Source: Nitrospinota bacterium (GTDB lineage: Bacteria; Nitrospinota; Nitrospinia; UBA9942). From it: a stretch of 44,273 nt of DNA. Position numbers and translations under genes: made by a program. This document shows, in pieces, positions 39,840-44,273 of this stretch. The notes under the pieces are model-generated. The model did no database searches. It was not told where the DNA came from and saw nothing but the letters and a program-made list of their open reading frames with translations. Every line of letters begins with the position of its first letter. The stretch's first letter is position 1. The stretch lies in the NCBI GenBank assembly GCA_016234205.1, contig JACRGN010000086.1, positions 1-44,273 on the forward strand. The letters are read 5' to 3'.

Positions 39840-41024
39840 TTATAGCCTTCGCCATGCTAATCTCTTAATTGCACCAAGGGATGGGGTAACATTAAGAGAG
39901 TCAACAACATCAGGGTCAAAGATAATGCCAATCCCCCCGCCACAACTATCGGACTCAAGAAAAATACCGTTTCCTGATACGATAGCCCCATTTATATACT
40001 GGGTTTTATCTGCCGTATACGGCTGTTTCTGCTCTATCTCAACAAACCCTGGTGTATAAACAACCCCTGAGATATTTGCAGTATTATGAATATCAACAGT
40101 CCCCCCTGTATACATCAATGCCGGCATATCCTCGTTTTGCCTGAAAGAGGCATAACTGCCGTAGGCACTTAAATCCTTTCCCCTCGGGTCTTTTGTTCCA
40201 GTTACACCACCTACACTATAATTTTTAACATCACTCCATGCATTGTTATACCCACTGGGCCATGGTGAAGGGGCAGAAGTACTTGTTCTGTTTGCCGATT
40301 GGCTTGTCAGTGTATTTAAGTCTGATGAGTTCGGAACTGTAGTTGTAGTGCCATCCCCTCTTGAAAAAGTAGCTGGATTTACATTCATCGGGACTCCAAC
40401 TTTAAGCTTTTTGTTATTTGGATTATTTATCACATTTACAACCAGAGTTCCTTTAATATTGATATTTGCAGTAGAACCCACAGTTGTCTCATCAAGTGCA
40501 ATATCGCTGCTGCCATTGTTAAAATCTACTGTAACAGATACAATACCATATAGCTGAGTGCCATTTCTTACAGCGTTCTGAAAGTCAGTCCAAGAAAGGT
40601 TATTGCCAGTCTCCGTAGCAGCAGCATTATAACGGCCAAAATCAAAAAGCTGTTGTGACTGGTCAAAGTATGAAAGAGGGGGAAGCCCTGCACTTTGGTC
40701 CAGATTTGTAAATATACCTGCAGTATCATTAAACTCTCCGCCTACTCCAGGGCCAATAGATTGTCCAAGCAATCCATCACTACCTGCTGTATTTGTAATA
40801 GCAGTGCCTTCTCCTTTTAGAGATACGCCGCCAGTTTTAGATGCGCTCTGACCATGGTTTAGCTGGTTATTTGACCAGACTGTCCCTGCACCATCTATTG
40901 ATGATTTTGATGCATCCAATGTTATCTTGCCCTGACCACTATTGCAGCCTGCTGCCCATACCTGTGATAATCCTAAAAAGATAAAAAAGAAACAAGCCAT
41001 TGTTATATAAAATAACTTTTTCAT
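39840..41024 (-). CDS. Secreted protein of unknown function in the PilY1 slot of the minor-pilin operon
   Basis: SD AAGGAGG lies 8 nt upstream of ATG 41024. Signal peptide ...SQVWAAGC. Asn/Gly/Thr-rich beta-type sequence with no motif I recognise. The track start at 41033 is a GTG inside the SD. Confidence 0.5.
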   Translation of the reverse strand: MKKLFYITMACFFFIFLGLSQVWAAGCNSGQGKITLDASKSSIDGAGTVWSNNQLNHGQSASKTGGVSLKGEGTAITNTAGSDGLLGQSIGPGVGGEFNDTAGIFTNLDQSAGLPPLSYFDQSQQLFDFGRYNAAATETGNNLSWTDFQNAVRNGTQLYGIVSVTVDFNNGSSDIALDETTVGSTANINIKGTLVVNVINNPNNKKLKVGVPMNVNPATFSRGDGTTTTVPNSSDLNTLTSQSANRTSTSAPSPWPSGYNNAWSDVKNYSVGGVTGTKDPRGKDLSAYGSYASFRQNEDMPALMYTGGTVDIHNTANISGVVYTPGFVEIEQKQPYTADKTQYINGAIVSGNGIFLESDSCGGGIGIIFDPDVVDSLNVTPSLGAIKRLAWRRL

Positions 41025-41048
41025 TTTAAGCACCTCCTTAAATATAGT

Positions 41049-41636
41049 TTAATAACACCCATTATTCATCTTTTGTTTTGGAGGACTACAGGGAGTTGAA
41101 TTATTGAGTGCACCGTTGATAATATTTTCCCCTGATGTGGTAAGTGTTAGCGCCACCTCCTTCTGGTTATTTGTCCCTTCCGGAATTCCTCTTGACCATA
41201 TTGTTATTAGTGCAGGAGACTGGGAAGCATCAATCCATACCTCTGCACGTGTATCACCACTATTTACAGTAATTCTATTAGCACTTGAGCCAATATTTGC
41301 CTTGTTTGTAAAAACCTGTGTGAAATCAATTATTCCATTATTATCAAGGTCATTTGCACTATTTGGAGAATCACCGGCACCAACAATGCCATCTCCACTT
41401 GTATCCCCCTGCATAAATGCATCATATACCTTTTCAGCCCCTGCCTCTGCAGCATAAAGTGCCTGGACATTACCCTCATAAATTTTAGTTGTCATCATTT
41501 CTCTATTTGTAAAGAAAAGGGCAAAGCCGCCCATTATGGTAAGGACAATCATTATTAAAAGACCTGCTATCAGGACTATACCCTTTTCGTCAGATAGATG
41601 GAGAAAGAACCTATTTCGTAAATATTTTGTTATCAT
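41049..41636 (-). CDS. pilX: PilX-like minor pilin (PilX_N-type N-terminus)
   Basis: Start ATG 41636 with SD GTGAGG. GIVLIAGLLIMIVLTIMGGFALFFTNREMMTT...QALYAAEAGAE is PilX_N-like. Contains DLDNNGIID and DTSGDGIVG loops. Confidence 0.65.
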   Translation of the reverse strand: MITKYLRNRFFLHLSDEKGIVLIAGLLIMIVLTIMGGFALFFTNREMMTTKIYEGNVQALYAAEAGAEKVYDAFMQGDTSGDGIVGAGDSPNSANDLDNNGIIDFTQVFTNKANIGSSANRITVNSGDTRAEVWIDASQSPALITIWSRGIPEGTNNQKEVALTLTTSGENIINGALNNSTPCSPPKQKMNNGCY

Positions 41637-41643
41637 ATATGCC

Positions 41644-42345
41644 TCACTTAAAGTCAGAGATTCCAAGATTTCTCGGTGTTATTTCAGATTTCAGTGTCAT
41701 CCTTCTATAATTGTCACCCTTTATTGGGTCTATATATTTTGGGTCTGTTTTGCTTGTCCTTGCCGTCAAAAAAACTGTTACAACCCTTACATCATTAAAA
41801 TTTTTTCCTGAAACTCCATTATTTGGCAAATCTGTAGTCCCGCTGCTACTGCTTCCATTAGCATATGTATAGGCTGCTGTCATACTTTCTATATTCTCTG
41901 CAATATTTCTCCATGAACTTATACTTCCATCTACAGTTGAAATATTTGCTATCTTCAGGGTATTTGCTTCAATCTTAAAACCAAATCGTTCATCTCCTGT
42001 ATTATCAATTACACCGTCTCCATCAAGATTATCTGTGGTAAAATACAACTCCGCATCAGTAGTAATTGAAAGTCCCACCGTATTACTATCTAAAAATTGG
42101 GAATCTGTAATTCCAAATTTTTTTGTTTCCTGAGGGTCATACCCTGCCATCTGAAGTTTTTTTGTAATAATATCCATTGAGCTCCTGACACTTTGCTGCA
42201 TCTCTATCATCTGGTCCTGAAGCGAATACATTTTTTGCTCGGATATAAATAATCCATATATACTACCAATCACAATTAGACCGATTGCCATTGCTGCTAT
42301 CAACTCTATTAGTGTAAAACCTGACTCAAAAGTATTTTTATCCAT
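41644..42345 (-). CDS. pilW: Minor pilin PilW-like (prepilin N-terminal methylation motif)
   Basis: ESGFTLIELIAAMAIGLIVIGSIYGLF. Position between the pilV-like and pilX-like genes. Confidence 0.7.
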   Translation of the reverse strand: MDKNTFESGFTLIELIAAMAIGLIVIGSIYGLFISEQKMYSLQDQMIEMQQSVRSSMDIITKKLQMAGYDPQETKKFGITDSQFLDSNTVGLSITTDAELYFTTDNLDGDGVIDNTGDERFGFKIEANTLKIANISTVDGSISSWRNIAENIESMTAAYTYANGSSSSGTTDLPNNGVSGKNFNDVRVVTVFLTARTSKTDPKYIDPIKGDNYRRMTLKSEITPRNLGISDFK

Positions 42346-42347
42346 AA

Positions 42348-42776
42348 TTATGATTGCCTTATCATTGTAGTTAATGTTACTGTGTGCAAACTATAATCTC
42401 TCCATGTAATGGTTACAGCTAATGTGGTTAGCTGTGCTGCTCCACCTGTAATAGTCACACTCCTTGTAAATATCCCACTTCCAGCCTCTCCTTTTTCATT
42501 GATATTATTTTCAACCGCATTGTTTGCACTTGTGAGTGTCGTTGTTGGAATAATTCTCTTTAATTCTTCCATTTTATCCTGCCCAAGTGCAATGGCTGTA
42601 GTTTTATTCTTGCTAAAGGTATTAAATTTTGATGCAGTTGTTGACATAGTTGCAAGACCAAGCAAGCCGATAGATAATATAGCAATAGCAATAAGAACCT
42701 CTATAAAAGTAAAACCCTTTCTGTTTTTATATGCGATTTTAATAAATTTATTTTTTTTAAAGTATCTGTTATTCAT
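42348..42776 (-). CDS. pilV: Minor pilin PilV-like (prepilin N-terminal methylation motif)
   Basis: RKGFTFIEVLIAIAILSIGLLGLATM, 142 aa, first gene of the operon. SD AGGAG. Confidence 0.7.
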   Translation of the reverse strand: MNNRYFKKNKFIKIAYKNRKGFTFIEVLIAIAILSIGLLGLATMSTTASKFNTFSKNKTTAIALGQDKMEELKRIIPTTTLTSANNAVENNINEKGEAGSGIFTRSVTITGGAAQLTTLAVTITWRDYSLHTVTLTTMIRQS

Positions 42777-42800
42777 AATTAACTCCTGACTAAATATATA

Positions 42801-42814
42801 GCAATATATATGCC
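42801..42814 (-). promoter_or_regulatory. Sigma-54-type (-24/-12) promoter for the pilV-pilW-pilX operon
   Basis: The minus strand reads aGGCATatataTTGCt (GG-N10-GC spacing as in TGGCAC-N5-TTGC), about 12 nt upstream of SD AGGAG and ATG 42776. Confidence 0.5.
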
Positions 42815-42975
42815 TTATTTATAATATTGCCCTTATTTAAAAAAAACGATAAAATTCAAGATATTACAACAGTAAAAAATTTCTTAATGAAAATAATTAA
42901 TAAGAACATCTAAAAAATGTATTTTATTTCTTACATGTGTATTAAAATTTATACTATTTTTATATATTAAATCAG

Positions 42976-43635
42976 ATGAAAAATTTTTTGTATAAACGCA
43001 TTATTCCACTTCTTGCCTTTATTGCTTTATTTCTTATTGGCATTACATGCAGGAAGATATTAATCAATAGGGAGAAAGAAAAAACTCTTCTTGATAAAGG
43101 GATAAATCCGATTTATACATTTTGGCACGGAAGGGAGCTATATTTCCCATATTTATATCGCTTTCAGAATAAACACCATACGCTTGTAAGTCCGAGCAGG
43201 GATGGTGAGATTAGCGGGAATTTGCTTAGATTATTTGGGTTTCATATTGTCTGGGGCTCTACATTTAAGAAGGGTGCAATGGCACTCTTAAGCATCGTTC
43301 GGATTGTAAAGAACGGAGGGAGTGTGGCTTTGGCAGCGGATGGTTCAAGGGGGCCGGCCTTTAAAGCTCAGGATGGCACTATAAAGATTGCAAAGGTTAC
43401 AGGTGTTCCGATACTTCCTATTACATACAATGCAAGCAGGAAAAGGGTTTTAAGTTCATGGGATAAGTTTATAATACCCTATCCATTTTCTAAAATCGTA
43501 GTAATGTATGGCGAGCCTATCAATGTCCCTGCTAATGCAGATGATGAGACTATGGAGCTAAAGAGACAGGAATTGGAAAAGAGACTTAATGAGATTACTG
43601 AATATGTGGATAAATATTTTATTGGACGCAGATAA
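42976..43635 (+). CDS. DUF374 / lysophospholipid-acyltransferase-like protein
   Basis: FWHGRELYFPYL...SPSRDGEISG...VALAADGSRGPAFKAQDG pattern is typical of DUF374. Confidence 0.7.
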   Translation: MKNFLYKRIIPLLAFIALFLIGITCRKILINREKEKTLLDKGINPIYTFWHGRELYFPYLYRFQNKHHTLVSPSRDGEISGNLLRLFGFHIVWGSTFKKGAMALLSIVRIVKNGGSVALAADGSRGPAFKAQDGTIKIAKVTGVPILPITYNASRKRVLSSWDKFIIPYPFSKIVVMYGEPINVPANADDETMELKRQELEKRLNEITEYVDKYFIGRR

Positions 43636-43741
43636 ACGCAAAAATGTCATTCCGAGTGAAACGAGGAATCTCAGTTTTGAGATTCTTCGGGCTTTGCCCT
43701 CAGAATGACCGCATCGCTGTCATCTGCGAAAATCTGCGTCC
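43624..43741. repeat. Nested palindrome: GCAGAT-word outer arms around a CATTCCGAG/GAATCTC inner element
   Basis: Outer arms GGACGCAGATAAACGCAAAA / TCTGCGAAAATCTGCGTCC. Inner arms TGTCATTCCGAGTGAAACGAGGAATCTC / GAGATTCTTCGGGCTTTGCCCTCAGAATGAC. Confidence 0.9.
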
Positions 43742-43747
43742 TAATTT

Positions 43748-44056
43748 TTATGTTTTCAATTTCCTGTGTAATTTTTTCTCTACACTATTAATCTTTTTCT
43801 GCATCCTACTCTCCTTGCCTTTCCTGTAATCTACCTTTATCGTAACAGATATGCGATGACAGTCCTTCTTCATCATCTCATAGCATCTTTTGACAATATT
43901 AAATACCTCATCCCACTCACCCTCTATAACTGTCCCCATAGGATTTAATCGGTATTTCAAGTCGCTTTTATCAATTATGTCAAGAGACCTTGCTACATAT
44001 TTACTTACACTCTCCCCTTTTCCCAGTGGAGACATACTAAACTCCAATAAAACCAT
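43748..44056 (-). CDS. MTH1187/YkoF-like (UPF0045) small protein
   Basis: SD GGAGG lies 8 nt upstream of ATG 44056. MVLLEFSMSPLGKGESVSKYVARSLDIIDKSDLKYRLNPMGTVIEGEWDEV. Confidence 0.75.
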   Translation of the reverse strand: MVLLEFSMSPLGKGESVSKYVARSLDIIDKSDLKYRLNPMGTVIEGEWDEVFNIVKRCYEMMKKDCHRISVTIKVDYRKGKESRMQKKINSVEKKLHRKLKT

Positions 44057-44147
44057 AAAAATCACCTCCTCAAAGATGGGGAAATTATATCATAGGCAGA
44101 TATTGGGTTTTAAAATATTTGACTAATAATTTAAAAAGGATTATATT

Positions 44148-44273
44148 TTGCGTGTGAAAAGGATAGCAACAGATAATGATGGTTTTACACTTATGGAGTT
44201 AATAGTTGTAGTTGCAATTATAGGGATTGCGGCTGCCGTTGCAATACCGACTCTTATGTCAGAACTTCCCAAA
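44148..44273 (+). CDS. Type IV pilin/pseudopilin, N-terminal fragment (runs off the window)
   Basis: ...DNDG/FTLMELIVVVAIIGIAAAVAIP prepilin cleavage/methylation motif. The start is TTG 44148 or GTG 44154 after AAAAAGGA. Confidence 0.75.
   Translation, partial: MRVKRIATDNDGFTLMELIVVVAIIGIAAAVAIPTLMSELPK

Noticed and set aside
324-43741. Possibility that the many short repeats are CRISPR arrays
   Set aside because: There is no constant-length direct repeat alternating with unique spacers. The units are 6-9-nt words arranged as inverted arms, and no cas genes are present.
43644-43829. 61-aa ORF (MSFRVKRGISVLRFFGLCPQNDR...)
   Set aside because: It reads straight through the nested palindrome at 43624-43741 and then runs antisense to the MTH1187-like gene. 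It has no SD and its composition is repeat-derived.
44119-44147. TTGACT-17 nt-TATATT promoter directly abutting the pilin start
   Set aside because: The predicted TSS (~44154) would exclude TTG 44148 and make GTG 44154 a leaderless non-AUG start, which is unlikely. AAAAAGGA at 44133-44140 looks like the SD, so the real promoter is probably further upstream. I left this unresolved and did not list it as a feature.

Overview
A 44.3-kb chromosomal segment from an AT-rich diderm bacterium. The gene content (type IV pilus, ADP-heptose LPS, sigma-54 machinery, c-type haem proteins) and the repeat families resemble uncultivated Nitrospirota/Deltaproteobacteria-type genomes; that lineage call is inference only. 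Main blocks in order: (1) pilM(partial)-pilNOPQ-aroB; (2) ADP-heptose/LPS core genes gmhB, split hldE (kinase plus adenylyltransferase) and a GT9 heptosyltransferase, followed by Trm112 and a bactofilin-TPR fusion; (3) a minus-strand block with a lipoprotein, a glutaredoxin-like gene, panBCD, a deoxynucleoside kinase, folK, a pentapeptide-K+ channel fusion, an aminotransferase and a sensor-less sigma-54 activator; (4) an accessory-looking block with a TPR+beta-barrel OMP interrupted by an in-frame TAA, a LuxR regulator, PilZ, a FecR-domain protein and a 900+ aa NHL-repeat lipoprotein; (5) a second accessory block holding two divergent monohaem CxxCH+beta-barrel (Cyc2-like cytochrome-porin) paralogues around a DUF1640-like protein, a PEGA lipoprotein and yefM/yoeB; (6) ppiD, rnr, rsmI and rlmN; (7) a minor-pilin operon pilV-pilW-pilX, an unknown secreted protein and a DUF4124-cytochrome c, with a sigma-54-type promoter; (8) a DUF374 gene, an MTH1187-like gene and the start of a pilin gene. 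I recognised no rRNA, tRNA, CRISPR array, transposase or integrase. The most unusual feature is the density of palindromic repeats. Nearly every intergenic spacer holds a long hairpin built from short tandem words (GTGTCAG, CACAGATTA, GGAGAAA, GTATCAAAG, CACGAATT and others), often nested around a GTCATTGCGAGG...GAAGCAATC element. Copies of that element also sit in frame inside rlmN, rnr and the heptosyltransferase. All calls come from reading the sequence and ORF translations by eye; no searches were run.
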